This document shows, piece after piece, positions 31,850 through 41,507 of a DNA stretch of 64,000 nt (positions within the stretch are counted from its first letter, which is position 1; the number at the start of each line of letters is the position of its first letter). The notes below the pieces were generated by a model, which ran no database searches, was not told the DNA's origin, and was given only the letters and a program-made list of their open reading frames with translations. Position numbers and translations under genes: made by a program. Location of the stretch: positions 688 to 64,687 of the forward strand of contig DUDS01000010.1 of assembly GCA_004769085.1 (NCBI GenBank), written 5' to 3'. The DNA comes from Candidatus Melainabacteria bacterium SSGW_16 (GTDB lineage Bacteria > Cyanobacteriota > Vampirovibrionia > 2-02-FULL-35-15).

Positions 31850-33184
31850 TTACTTAGATACCTTTTTAATGATTAACGGAATTTTCCTTCTGTTAAGAAA
31901 GAAAAAATATGCGGGTACACCACTAAATGCAAGCAGAAGTCCAAATACAGTTCCTTTTAAAGGTGAAATTATACTTACAGCATTTGCTATTGTTACTAAA
32001 ATAATACAAGCAAAAAGCATTACAATAGATAACCAAAATCCAGTCTTTCCAAAAGGTATCTGGAAATGAAGACCATCTTCAGGTATTTTCTTTCTAAGAA
32101 TTATTAAGGCAATAGCTTCAAGTGAAATTGCTATTAGGTACAAAAAGACATCATAAACAACCAGATTTTTAAAATCTACCAACACAAGAAAACTATATAA
32201 AACAGAAACAAATATTATTGCTATATAAGGCGTTTGAAATTTATTATGAATTTTTGAAAACATTGATGGGAGAAGATTATCATCTGCCATTGTTGAAAAA
32301 ATACGTGTAGATGAAAGCATGAGAGAATTAAACAAACCCAGACACATAGCCATACCACCAATTGTTAACACAACAGCCAGTACAGGGTGCCCCATAATTA
32401 TTGATATTCTTGAAAACTCACCAAACGTCCAGTTCCCCCAGCTAGTATTAATAGACAGAGCAACTATAAGAGTAAAAAAATAAAAAAATACAATTATTGG
32501 AACATTAATAAACATTGATCTGCGATAGTTATGATTAGGATTATGAACTTCATCAAGAACAGTAGATGAATTATCCCACCCAATAAAATTCCAGAATGCT
32601 AATGATAGTCCATATAATACATTGTTTCCTGTTAAATGATTACGAGCATTTAAAATTGGTGAGAAATCAAATGAGAGATATTTCATGCCAAATACAATAA
32701 AAAAGAGAAATGAAATTAAAATAAAAGAAGTGAAAAGTCCAAGTACATATCCAACAGTTCTTATCCCAAGAATATTAAATAATGCTGATATCCATATAAC
32801 AGTAAGTTGTATAATATAAAACTGAATAAAGCTTAAATCCGGAAAAAAGAATTTAAGATAGGCTGTAAATAAAATAGGATAAAGCGATAAATCAATTATC
32901 GTATATAAGATACTCCACCAGCCTTCCATAAATCCCCAAAACCTGCCAAGCCCCATATAAACCCAGCGATAGTATCCCCCCTGAACAGGATAATTACTTG
33001 AAAGTTCAGCAACAATAAGGCATTCAGGAATAGTCCAAACAAGTGGTATAAGAGTAATCAGCATTAGTGTGCAAAGAGGACCGACAGATGCAACTATCTC
33101 CTCAAGACCATATGGTCCACCACTTACTGAAAAAAACATTATAGGTATTAATGCTAATAGCTTTGCTTTTTTTCTGGGTTTCAT
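31850..33184 (-). CDS. APC-superfamily amino acid/polyamine permease
   Basis: 444 aa with ~12 TM helices; N-terminal FSVSGGPYGLEE APC-like motif. Confidence 0.7.
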   Translation of the reverse strand: MKPRKKAKLLALIPIMFFSVSGGPYGLEEIVASVGPLCTLMLITLIPLVWTIPECLIVAELSSNYPVQGGYYRWVYMGLGRFWGFMEGWWSILYTIIDLSLYPILFTAYLKFFFPDLSFIQFYIIQLTVIWISALFNILGIRTVGYVLGLFTSFILISFLFFIVFGMKYLSFDFSPILNARNHLTGNNVLYGLSLAFWNFIGWDNSSTVLDEVHNPNHNYRRSMFINVPIIVFFYFFTLIVALSINTSWGNWTFGEFSRISIIMGHPVLAVVLTIGGMAMCLGLFNSLMLSSTRIFSTMADDNLLPSMFSKIHNKFQTPYIAIIFVSVLYSFLVLVDFKNLVVYDVFLYLIAISLEAIALIILRKKIPEDGLHFQIPFGKTGFWLSIVMLFACIILVTIANAVSIISPLKGTVFGLLLAFSGVPAYFFFLNRRKIPLIIKKVSK

Positions 33185-33297
33185 TATTCTTTAAAACTAG
33201 TTTTATTAAAGAGAATCGAACGCATATATATTACATTAATAATCAAGTATAATATCCAGAGTTAAAACCTATTGATATCAAACTAAATAATACATCA

Positions 33298-34650
33298 GTG
33301 AAATCATCAAATGAAATCAATCAAAAAATGAACAAATCAGAAGTATACCCTGATACCATTGGAGTAACAAAAGATGGTGATTTAACTCTTGGAGGTATTA
33401 CTCTTTCCGAACTGGCAAAAAAATACGAAACACCTTTATACATAATTGATGAAAAAACATTCAGGAGAAAAGTACAGAATTATACCTCCTGTATTAAAGA
33501 AAATTATAATAACTATCTCATTTTATATGCTGCAAAAGCTTTTGCAGCAGCAGCAATCTTTAGAATAGCTGACAATACTGCTCTGGGGCTGGATATAGTA
33601 TCAGGAGGAGAGTTATACCTTGCAGAGAAATGCAATTTCCCAAAAAACAAAATTTACTTCCATGGAAATAATAAGTCAAAAGAAGAAATTGATTACGTCA
33701 TTAAAAACGATGCAGCAAAAATTATCTGTGATAATTTTCATGAGCTGGACCTAATACAAAAAAGTGCATCAGATCATAAAAAGAAGGTTGATATTTTGAT
33801 TAGACTAACCCCAGGTATTGAATGCCATACACATGATTATATTAAAACAGGTCACCTTGACAGCAAATTTGGTTTTGACATTGAATACCTTGATGAAATA
33901 TTAAAAATTATTAAACAACATGAAGACAAAATTTCATTAAAAGGATTCCATTCACATATAGGTTCACAAATATTTGAATTGAAACCTTATTCAGACAGTA
34001 TTGATATACTCCTTGATCAATATAAATATGCAAAAGAAAAATATGGTTTTATACTTGATGAAATTAATATAGGAGGAGGGCTTGGAATATCATATATTTC
34101 AAGCGATGATCCAGTAGATATTGAAGACTTGGCAAAAGCTGTAACAAGCAAATTAAAAGATAAATGTAACAAATTAAATCTAAAATTACCAAAATTAATT
34201 TGTGAGCCGGGAAGGAGTATTATTGGAACAAGCGGTATAACCATATACACTGCAGGAAGCATAAAACAAGTGCCTAATGGCAGAAAATATGTTTCTGTTG
34301 ATGGGGGGATGGCAGACAATCCAAGACCAATAACATATCAGGCAAAATATACAGCACTTGTAGCTAATAAAATGAATCAACCTGAAAAAGAAACAGTTAC
34401 AATAGCAGGACGATATTGCGAAACAGGAGATATCTTAATTCAGGATATCTCTCTTCCCAGAATATCCCCGGGAGATATTATCGCTATGTTTGGAACAGGT
34501 GCATATAATTACAGCATGTCATCAAATTACAATACGATTCCTAGACCTGCCTGTATCATCGTAAATGAAGGAGTAGCCGAAGTAATCATTGAAAGAGAAA
34601 ATTACAAAGACATAACATCAAAACACTTAATTCCAAAAAGATTATCTTAG
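33298..34650 (+). CDS. lysA: diaminopimelate decarboxylase
   Basis: YAAKAF PLP-lysine region, GGGLGISY and EPGRSIIG motifs; true start may be the internal M (MNKSEV). Confidence 0.9.
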   Translation: MKSSNEINQKMNKSEVYPDTIGVTKDGDLTLGGITLSELAKKYETPLYIIDEKTFRRKVQNYTSCIKENYNNYLILYAAKAFAAAAIFRIADNTALGLDIVSGGELYLAEKCNFPKNKIYFHGNNKSKEEIDYVIKNDAAKIICDNFHELDLIQKSASDHKKKVDILIRLTPGIECHTHDYIKTGHLDSKFGFDIEYLDEILKIIKQHEDKISLKGFHSHIGSQIFELKPYSDSIDILLDQYKYAKEKYGFILDEINIGGGLGISYISSDDPVDIEDLAKAVTSKLKDKCNKLNLKLPKLICEPGRSIIGTSGITIYTAGSIKQVPNGRKYVSVDGGMADNPRPITYQAKYTALVANKMNQPEKETVTIAGRYCETGDILIQDISLPRISPGDIIAMFGTGAYNYSMSSNYNTIPRPACIIVNEGVAEVIIERENYKDITSKHLIPKRLS

Positions 34651-34652
34651 AG

Positions 34653-36290
34653 CTAAACTTTTCTAAGTTTTAAAACCTTTTCTTCATATTCATTAATTTG
34701 CCTGGACATTTCACCATCAGAAAGCTGAAGTTGGTCTTTTAATATTTCTGAAACTCTTGGAATAGAATCCTGCCCTAATCCTTCTCTTAATCCAAGTGTT
34801 GTTCTTCTAAGCAAAACATCACTGACTGTATATGCCATCTCATTACTTACAGAATGCAAAACCTGGGCTGCAATATCTTCTGCATTATGACTCAATTTTT
34901 CTACTAGCGTTGGATCTTTTTTAGTCAAATCAAGGATTTGTTTATAATTACAACCATACAGCCCAATTAAATGAGGTACTGAATCACTGGCTTTGCCATA
35001 AGTACTCTTTGCAATTTTTACCTGGGAATCCCTGTACTCATTAATGTCTCCTTCTACTTTTCCCATAAGAGGTACATGATTTGTTCTTCCTCTCACAAAA
35101 TTACAGCCAAGCCTCCTATAAGCAAAATCAACAAGCTCTTCAGAAAGACTTCTATAAGTTGTTAGCTTTCCACCAATAACAGACAATAAATTATTAATTC
35201 CATCTTGTTTATGATCATGAATTAAATGCCTTCGAGTAATAGAAGCAGGATTTTTCCTCTTATCAGCAACAAATGGAAGGGGTCTTACACCGGTATATGA
35301 AAATAAAATATCACCATGGCTGATTTGCCTGGGATTAATTATATGATTTGTTTCACTTAAAAGATAGTTAATTTCTTTCTCAGATATTTTCAAGAAATCA
35401 ATGTCTCCATTTACAGGTATATCAGTAGTACCAATGAGATAATAATTCTGCCAAGGAATAATAAAAAATGGTCTTTTATCAGATCGTGCACTGGCATATA
35501 CTGCATTTCTAGGTCCATTTTCAAATTTTTTAATTATTATATGACTGCCGACCGTTCCACCAATAAGCTTTTTATAACTCCTGTTAGTTAAGCTACAAAG
35601 CTCATCTACCCATGGACCTGAAACATTTATGATTAACTTACCCTTGGCTTTATGTGTTTTCCCCGATAATCTGTCAACAAACTCAACATGTGAAACTTTA
35701 TCACCGTTTAATGAAATATCTGTAACCTCTGCATGGTTTAAAACAACTGCTCCATAATCTTTTGCCATTAATGCATTCTCTAAACATAATCTTTCAGGAT
35801 ACGTTACCTGTGCATCATAATAAACAGCAGCTCCCCTTAAACCCTCTGAGTTAACACCAGGCTCCAGTTTCATAAATTCGTCAGGAGACATCATCCTATG
35901 CCTGGGAAGAGATTTATCAAAAGATAAAATATCATATAAAATCATTCCAATCTTTACAATGAATGGACCCCTTTTATCACCTTTATATATTGGAATCGAC
36001 ATCTGAATAGGGCTGACAAGATGATTTGCATTTTGTAACAGTATTTCTCTTTCTCTAAGAGACTCTCTAACAAGATCTAATTCAAAATATTCAAGATACC
36101 TAAGTCCACCATGTATAAGTCTGGATGGCACGCCTGAACAACCTGCTCCAAAATCTTCTCTCTCAAGTAAAAGTACATTCAACCCTCGTTCACTAGCATC
36201 CCGAGCTATACCACAGCCATTTATCCCCCCTCCAATAATTATGAGGTCAAATTCTTCCAGTAATCTTTTTTCATCAATTCTATTAATCAT
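34653..36290 (-). CDS. FAD-dependent glycerol-3-phosphate dehydrogenase (GlpA/GlpD family)
   Basis: DLIIIGGGINGCGIARDASERGL dinucleotide-binding motif directly follows the M at 36290; upstream ORF extension to 36503 has no GlpD-like sequence. Confidence 0.85.
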   Translation of the reverse strand: MINRIDEKRLLEEFDLIIIGGGINGCGIARDASERGLNVLLLEREDFGAGCSGVPSRLIHGGLRYLEYFELDLVRESLREREILLQNANHLVSPIQMSIPIYKGDKRGPFIVKIGMILYDILSFDKSLPRHRMMSPDEFMKLEPGVNSEGLRGAAVYYDAQVTYPERLCLENALMAKDYGAVVLNHAEVTDISLNGDKVSHVEFVDRLSGKTHKAKGKLIINVSGPWVDELCSLTNRSYKKLIGGTVGSHIIIKKFENGPRNAVYASARSDKRPFFIIPWQNYYLIGTTDIPVNGDIDFLKISEKEINYLLSETNHIINPRQISHGDILFSYTGVRPLPFVADKRKNPASITRRHLIHDHKQDGINNLLSVIGGKLTTYRSLSEELVDFAYRRLGCNFVRGRTNHVPLMGKVEGDINEYRDSQVKIAKSTYGKASDSVPHLIGLYGCNYKQILDLTKKDPTLVEKLSHNAEDIAAQVLHSVSNEMAYTVSDVLLRRTTLGLREGLGQDSIPRVSEILKDQLQLSDGEMSRQINEYEEKVLKLRKV

Positions 36291-36633
36291 AAGCGAAAAA
36301 ACAGGAGCAGACTTTCTATCAGTTATAACAAACGGTAATCCTGCCGCACCACCAGAAGTAGTTTCTCCATAAGGTGCAATCCCTGAATTAACTGCACAAG
36401 CTCGTGAAACACTCCTAGACTGAAGAAGAGGAGAGAAGGAATGTGTTCCTGGTGCTATAACACGCATAATAATGATATAAAAACTTGTAATCAATAATAT
36501 CAAAGCAAGATTGATACTAAAAGGGTGATTACCAAATTAAGGACTCAATAATTACAGCAAGATTCACAATTCTAGAAATTAGTTGGTCAAATCGTTAAAA
36601 TACTAACCATATTTATTTTCAGGGAGAATTAAT

Positions 36634-37869
36634 TTGCAAGAGAATAACTATATTGGAATTTTTGGAATTATAGCAATTTTATTAATTTCATATTTATTTT
36701 CAAATAACAAAAAACTGATCAACTTAAGGCTTGTAGTAACGGGGCTTTTATTACAGTTTCTAACCGGGGTTTTTATACTGAAGGTGCCAGCAGGAAAAAG
36801 ACTTGTTGAAATTATAGCAAAGGGAGTAACAGCAATACTTGAAGTTTCAAAGGAAGGAGGAAAATTTGTTTTTGGATGCCTTGCAGATGACAAGTTCCTG
36901 GCAAACAGTACAAACTCTACTTTAAACATAATTTTTGCAGTTCAGGTTATACCCACAATTATTTTTGTATGTGCGCTTGTTTCCATTTTTTATTACTTTG
37001 GAATTTTACAGGCAATAGTCAAAGTATTTGCATGGACTTTTAATAAGTTAATGGGTGTAAGCGGTGCCGAAGCCCTTGCAAATTCATTGGTAATTTTTGT
37101 AGGACAGGTAGAATCAGCAATAGTAATACAACCATATCTGTCAAAGCTTACAAAATCTGAGATTCTAACAATTATGACAGGTGGTATGGCATGCATATCA
37201 GGTTCATTAATGGCAATATATAGCGGGCTGGGAGTTAAAACAGAATATCTTCTTGCTGCTAGTTTTATGGCAGCTCCTGGCAGTTTTTTAATTTCAAAAA
37301 TATTTTACCCTGAAGACAGCAAACCAGCTACAAGGGACACAATAAAAATAGAATACAAAGCAAGGGAAAAAAATCTTGTAGAAGCAATTCTAGACGGAGC
37401 ATTCAGTGGAGCAAAAATTAGCATAGGTATAATAGCTATGCTTTTAGCGTTTATAAGTCTAGTTGCACTTATAGATAAAATGTTATTTATAATGAATGAT
37501 AAATTAAGCCTTAAGGTAATTCTTGGATATCTGTTTACACCACTCATTTATCTACTTGGCGTGCCTAAAGACGAAGTAGGAATTGTTGCGTCTTTATTCG
37601 GGACAAAAATTTCGCTTAATGAATTCATTGCATATCTCGATCTGGCAAAGTACCTGAAAGTTCATACCCTGAGTGAAAAAGGACTAGGTATTGCAACATT
37701 TATAATTTGTGGGTTTGCAAATTTCAGCAGTATAGCAATTCAGGTCGGTGGGCTGTCACAAATGGCACCGGAAAGAAAAAGTGATCTTGCTAGTCTTGGT
37801 TTTAAAGCAATGGTCTGTGGTGCATTGGTTTCATGTTTATCAGGATGCATAGTAGGATTACTGATTTAA
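36634..37869 (+). CDS. nupC: concentrative nucleoside transporter (NupC/CNT family)
   Basis: GGMACISGSLMAIYSG and FANFSSIAIQVGGL CNT motifs. Confidence 0.85.
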   Translation: MQENNYIGIFGIIAILLISYLFSNNKKLINLRLVVTGLLLQFLTGVFILKVPAGKRLVEIIAKGVTAILEVSKEGGKFVFGCLADDKFLANSTNSTLNIIFAVQVIPTIIFVCALVSIFYYFGILQAIVKVFAWTFNKLMGVSGAEALANSLVIFVGQVESAIVIQPYLSKLTKSEILTIMTGGMACISGSLMAIYSGLGVKTEYLLAASFMAAPGSFLISKIFYPEDSKPATRDTIKIEYKAREKNLVEAILDGAFSGAKISIGIIAMLLAFISLVALIDKMLFIMNDKLSLKVILGYLFTPLIYLLGVPKDEVGIVASLFGTKISLNEFIAYLDLAKYLKVHTLSEKGLGIATFIICGFANFSSIAIQVGGLSQMAPERKSDLASLGFKAMVCGALVSCLSGCIVGLLI

Positions 37870-40265
37870 TTAGCTGAACTCTTTACATTAATTATCAAAT
37901 CAATTTCTTTATGTGTGGTGAGCCCGTATATTCTAGGCTCAAGTTCTTTGTATAGCTTTGGATTCCTTGGCTTTATGACTTTTTCAACATAATCCAAAAA
38001 CTCCATTGGTTCCTTATCTTCTCCCATATAAACCAGAATCTTTTTATCAGGATCGATTTTTGAATACCCACAATAAGCTGTTTCTCCACCAGTTGCATGT
38101 CTTTGCCTGGACTGATAATTAGAACCGTTAAGTTTTTTAAGCCCTTCACGTGCTCTTAAGTCGACTTCTTTTTCAGTCATAAGTTTAGCTTCTTTTTCTG
38201 AGACATCAGCAGCATCTAGCCCAGAAAGATATGGGATCTCGTCAGCTTGTGTAATTGGGAAATAATTAAAATTATCATTAAATACTTTTCTATCAAAAAG
38301 TATCATAAATGTAAGCACAGCACCTTTTTCTGTAAAACAAGTTTGAACTTTGTCATCTTTACCTTTATACAGTCTCAATGTGTCAGCATATTCTTTAATA
38401 TCATCAGTTGTCCACTTAGGAAAGCCATCTATGCAAGTAAAATCTCCACATCGTAAGTACTCTACATAATCACATATTTTATATGCTTTATAAAGTGGAT
38501 GCTTGACACCAATAATATCTCTTACCTGCTTTAAGATTTCCTCGCCTTTTTCTTTTCCATAGTAAGAACAAACTGTTTCATAAATATCTTTAGGAACACC
38601 TTCTTTCTTACCTTCCAAAATATCTAACGTATATTCATCATTATCATGTCCTTTTACAGCCTTTTCAGCAAGATGACTTCTAGCTATATGCCCTATATCA
38701 TGAAGAAGTCCAGCCAGTTTAAAAGAATCCTCATGTTCAAGCAAAAGCTTTCTTAGTTCTGGATTAATAATGTTTTTTAAAAGACTGTTGTAAATCAAAA
38801 TATCAACCCCACATACTCTTTTCATATGGGAGTGTCTTTCCAAATATGGTCTGCCGTTTATTGGTGGATTATATGGAGTAGATAAACCTACCTGTGTTTT
38901 ACCTCTAGCTGCTTCAAAGGTTTTTGAGTGAATTAACTTATCAAGAATATCTCTTTGTTTATTACTACCATCATAAATGATGTCATCAAACTTATCTCTT
39001 AGATGGGGTGCAGGTCTGTTTTTTTCCAGATTCTCTATGTGTCTGAAAACCACTTCTGCTCGTTTTTGTACATCTAAATTTAGCTCTATTGTTTCTTTAT
39101 GTGTGGGTCCAAACAAATCTGGCTTGAAAAATTTTAAAAAAGACTGTGATTTAAAGGCTAAAAATGCTAGCCCTGCACCAAAAGCCCTTACTGACATTGC
39201 CATGTTATATATAAGTCCGCCTTCACTATCAAGCCCTAGTCCCTTCATAGCAAGCAATAGATTATTTACAGCTAAAAATGGAGTAGAGAGTTTTTTAAGA
39301 TTTCCTTCAGCCTTTACACAATAAGTTTCACTTGGTCTCTTTGCAATTTTTCCTAATCTTTCTAGCTGAACATCCCCATCTCTATAAAATGCAAAGAGAT
39401 TTAATGCAGAAAATAAACTATATGGTAGATAGAAAAAAGACTGCATACCTTCAGAAAGTTTATTTTTAAACAAGCTGCCAATTCCAAGCATTCCGCCTGC
39501 AGCAATTAGTCCACCACCTGCTGCCTGAAATGCTGAATAAGGTTCTTCTTTCTTAAACCTTTCCCAATTTTTAGGAGAAATGGTTTTTTTAAAAAAAGTA
39601 AGTATAGATTGTTCAATAGGCATTAAAAATCTGAATTTTGACAATGAATCAGAATTAAATATTGAATTCTTTACAGCATATATATTACGTTTATCTCGAT
39701 AACGCACCCTCCCCATGCCTATTGAAGAAAGTCCTTCTGATATTGAAAAGCCAGCAAGTCCCCAAAGATTGTTTAGATTCCTGCTAAATATTCCCATACC
39801 AATGTTTCCTAGTGACCATTCAGGACTTTCATGTGCTGCACCAGTTAAAGCTCCTGCAACAGCAGATGCTGAATAAGCATTTCCAAGGCTCTTATAGGAA
39901 TCATCCACATCACGGTTAAAGATTGAATTATAAAATAATTTTGCACCTGAGTAAAAAAGTCCAAGAGCAGCAACAGCATTCAAAGCAACTGCACCGCCTG
40001 TTGCTCCCATCTTTCCATAGCGCAGAAGCTTCAAAGTAGACTCCGGTACCTTTTGATGGCTTACAACTTCAATACCCTCATCCTTAAAAGAACTAAGATC
40101 CTTATACTCAGGCATACCTTTTTCTCTCAATACTTTGGTATCAAGCGTATTATAAGGATGATCCCAGCTTCTAAAATCTAGACAGTTTTGTAAAAGTGGT
40201 ACCCGTTGACTTACAGCAGGTTTTTCTTTTGTGACTACAACCATTATATTCTTAAATAAACACAA
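37866..40265 (-). CDS. large (799 aa) protein with a glycine-zipper-rich N-terminal half and a C-terminal HD-domain metal-dependent phosphohydrolase
   Basis: H...HD motif (HMKRV...LAGLLHDIGHIARSH); N-terminal 480 aa rich in G/A amphipathic segments (GGAVALNAVAALGLF, AGGGLIAAGGMLGIGSLF, AFGAGLAFLAF). Confidence 0.7.
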   Translation of the reverse strand: MCLFKNIMVVVTKEKPAVSQRVPLLQNCLDFRSWDHPYNTLDTKVLREKGMPEYKDLSSFKDEGIEVVSHQKVPESTLKLLRYGKMGATGGAVALNAVAALGLFYSGAKLFYNSIFNRDVDDSYKSLGNAYSASAVAGALTGAAHESPEWSLGNIGMGIFSRNLNNLWGLAGFSISEGLSSIGMGRVRYRDKRNIYAVKNSIFNSDSLSKFRFLMPIEQSILTFFKKTISPKNWERFKKEEPYSAFQAAGGGLIAAGGMLGIGSLFKNKLSEGMQSFFYLPYSLFSALNLFAFYRDGDVQLERLGKIAKRPSETYCVKAEGNLKKLSTPFLAVNNLLLAMKGLGLDSEGGLIYNMAMSVRAFGAGLAFLAFKSQSFLKFFKPDLFGPTHKETIELNLDVQKRAEVVFRHIENLEKNRPAPHLRDKFDDIIYDGSNKQRDILDKLIHSKTFEAARGKTQVGLSTPYNPPINGRPYLERHSHMKRVCGVDILIYNSLLKNIINPELRKLLLEHEDSFKLAGLLHDIGHIARSHLAEKAVKGHDNDEYTLDILEGKKEGVPKDIYETVCSYYGKEKGEEILKQVRDIIGVKHPLYKAYKICDYVEYLRCGDFTCIDGFPKWTTDDIKEYADTLRLYKGKDDKVQTCFTEKGAVLTFMILFDRKVFNDNFNYFPITQADEIPYLSGLDAADVSEKEAKLMTEKEVDLRAREGLKKLNGSNYQSRQRHATGGETAYCGYSKIDPDKKILVYMGEDKEPMEFLDYVEKVIKPRNPKLYKELEPRIYGLTTHKEIDLIINVKSSAN

Positions 40266-40564
40266 TAGCTACTACGACACACGGTTGAAACCCACTCACC
40301 ATGCGCCTTATAGGGATTTAATTAGACTGAAGCTATTCGAGTATTAACTTCATCATCACATAAAATAATCTCAATGTAAATAGAATGAAATTAACCATAT
40401 GATATTTAGTTACATAAATGAAAACAAAACAAAACAATTACTTACAAGATACTCTTAAATTACATTGCACATACAAAGCATTACTTTGTATAATTAGCTC
40501 CATGATGATGCCTTGTATTAATTACAATTTTATTACTTTGAAATTACAATTCTTTTTACAAAAT

Positions 40565-40636
40565 GCCTCTGTAGCTCAATGGATAGAGCGGTACTCTCCG
40601 AAGGTACACATGCAGGTTCGATTCCTGCCAGGGGCA
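40565..40636 (+). tRNA. tRNA-Arg (anticodon CCG)
   Basis: Acceptor GCCTCTG/CAGGGGC(A), D-arm AGCTCAATGGATAGAGC, anticodon loop CTCCGAA, T-arm GCAGGTTCGATTCCTGC. Confidence 0.85.
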
Positions 40637-40643
40637 AATCCAT

Positions 40644-40764
40644 TTTTTTATACCGCTCGTTTCGCGCGAACGCTCAACTCGCTTTTAGAGCTACGTTGCT
40701 CAGAATATTCCTTACCGAAATATCCTTCGCTTAGATTATCCATTAAATAATGGAAAATCTTTCC
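40644..40764 (+). repeat. diverged member of the intergenic repeat family (copy D)
   Basis: TTTTTATACCGCTCG...CCTTACCGAAATATCC...GGAAAATCTTTCC parallels the termini and TTCGGYAA core of copies A and C; alignment is weak. Confidence 0.35.
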
Positions 40765-40769
40765 TAACT

Positions 40770-40917
40770 AAAAGGGCTTACAAAAGCGAAACCCATACCC
40801 TCCCGCCAGAGGCGGGTCCGTCCTTTGGCGGAAAGCGGAGCGTTGGAGGCGCCAAGCCCACCAAGCGAAGCATGGGTATGAGTGAGCATAAAAATGTAAG
40901 CCCTTTTATCTTTTTTG
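40770..40917 (+). ncRNA. candidate structured RNA: GC-rich 138-nt extended hairpin closed by a 13-bp perfect stem and followed by a T-tract
   Basis: AAAAGGGCTTACA...TGTAAGCCCTTTT outer stem, inner CATACCC/GGGTATG and CCCGCC-AGAG-GCGGG stems, then ATCTTTTTTG; ~60% GC in a ~30% GC genome. Confidence 0.35.
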
Positions 40918-41006
40918 TGATAGATAATTAAACATTTATAAATAGTGGGGTTCTAATTAAACCAAATAGTTATAATAAAAAAATATTAAAGACCCGCAAA
41001 GCAATT

Positions 41007-41507
41007 ATGAGCACAACCAGAACAATAACACCAAACAGATCAACCTTTCCAATAGCTGATTTTAGAAGACTCTCAGAGGATTCAGTAAAATATCCAAATA
41101 ATATAAACCTGTGGGAAAGAACTATTGATACAGGCTCACCTATCAGAGATTTAACAAACTTAAGAGAGTGGGAAATACATCCAACATTTGCAGTAAATAG
41201 AAAATTTCCCGGCACATATTCAATAGGGATTAAACCAACAGATAAAGTAATCTATGAAGAAAGCAGCTTATTGGTTATTTCCGACGAGCCTGATTCTAGA
41301 GACAGAAACAGAAGTATAAGATTTTATGACACAGCTTCAAATACACCATTTCTAACAGTGTCCATAAACGATGATTTTCAGATAATTGGTGAATTTTATA
41401 ATTTCAATGAAGCCGTATGTAAAAATAAAGCAGCAGAATTACTTCGTACACATATCAGCAATGATTTTATATCTGATGTTTTTCTTACTCTAGATCTGCC
41501 TATCTAA
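41007..41507 (+). CDS. hypothetical protein (166 aa)
   Basis: ORF with typical codon usage; no family recognised. Confidence 0.4.
   Translation: MSTTRTITPNRSTFPIADFRRLSEDSVKYPNNINLWERTIDTGSPIRDLTNLREWEIHPTFAVNRKFPGTYSIGIKPTDKVIYEESSLLVISDEPDSRDRNRSIRFYDTASNTPFLTVSINDDFQIIGEFYNFNEAVCKNKAAELLRTHISNDFISDVFLTLDLPI

Noticed and set aside
31869-32069. 66-aa plus-strand ORF downstream of repeat copy B
   Set aside because: It is entirely antisense to the 3' end of the APC permease gene and has no RBS.
34653-36503. Extended 616-aa version of the glycerol-3-phosphate dehydrogenase ORF
   Set aside because: The first 71 codons encode an unrelated low-complexity peptide. The FAD-binding GxGxxG motif directly follows the internal Met at 36290, which is the more plausible start.
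40418-40750. 110-aa ORF spanning tRNA-Arg
   Set aside because: It overlaps a well-formed tRNA and the repeat element, and has no coding signal.
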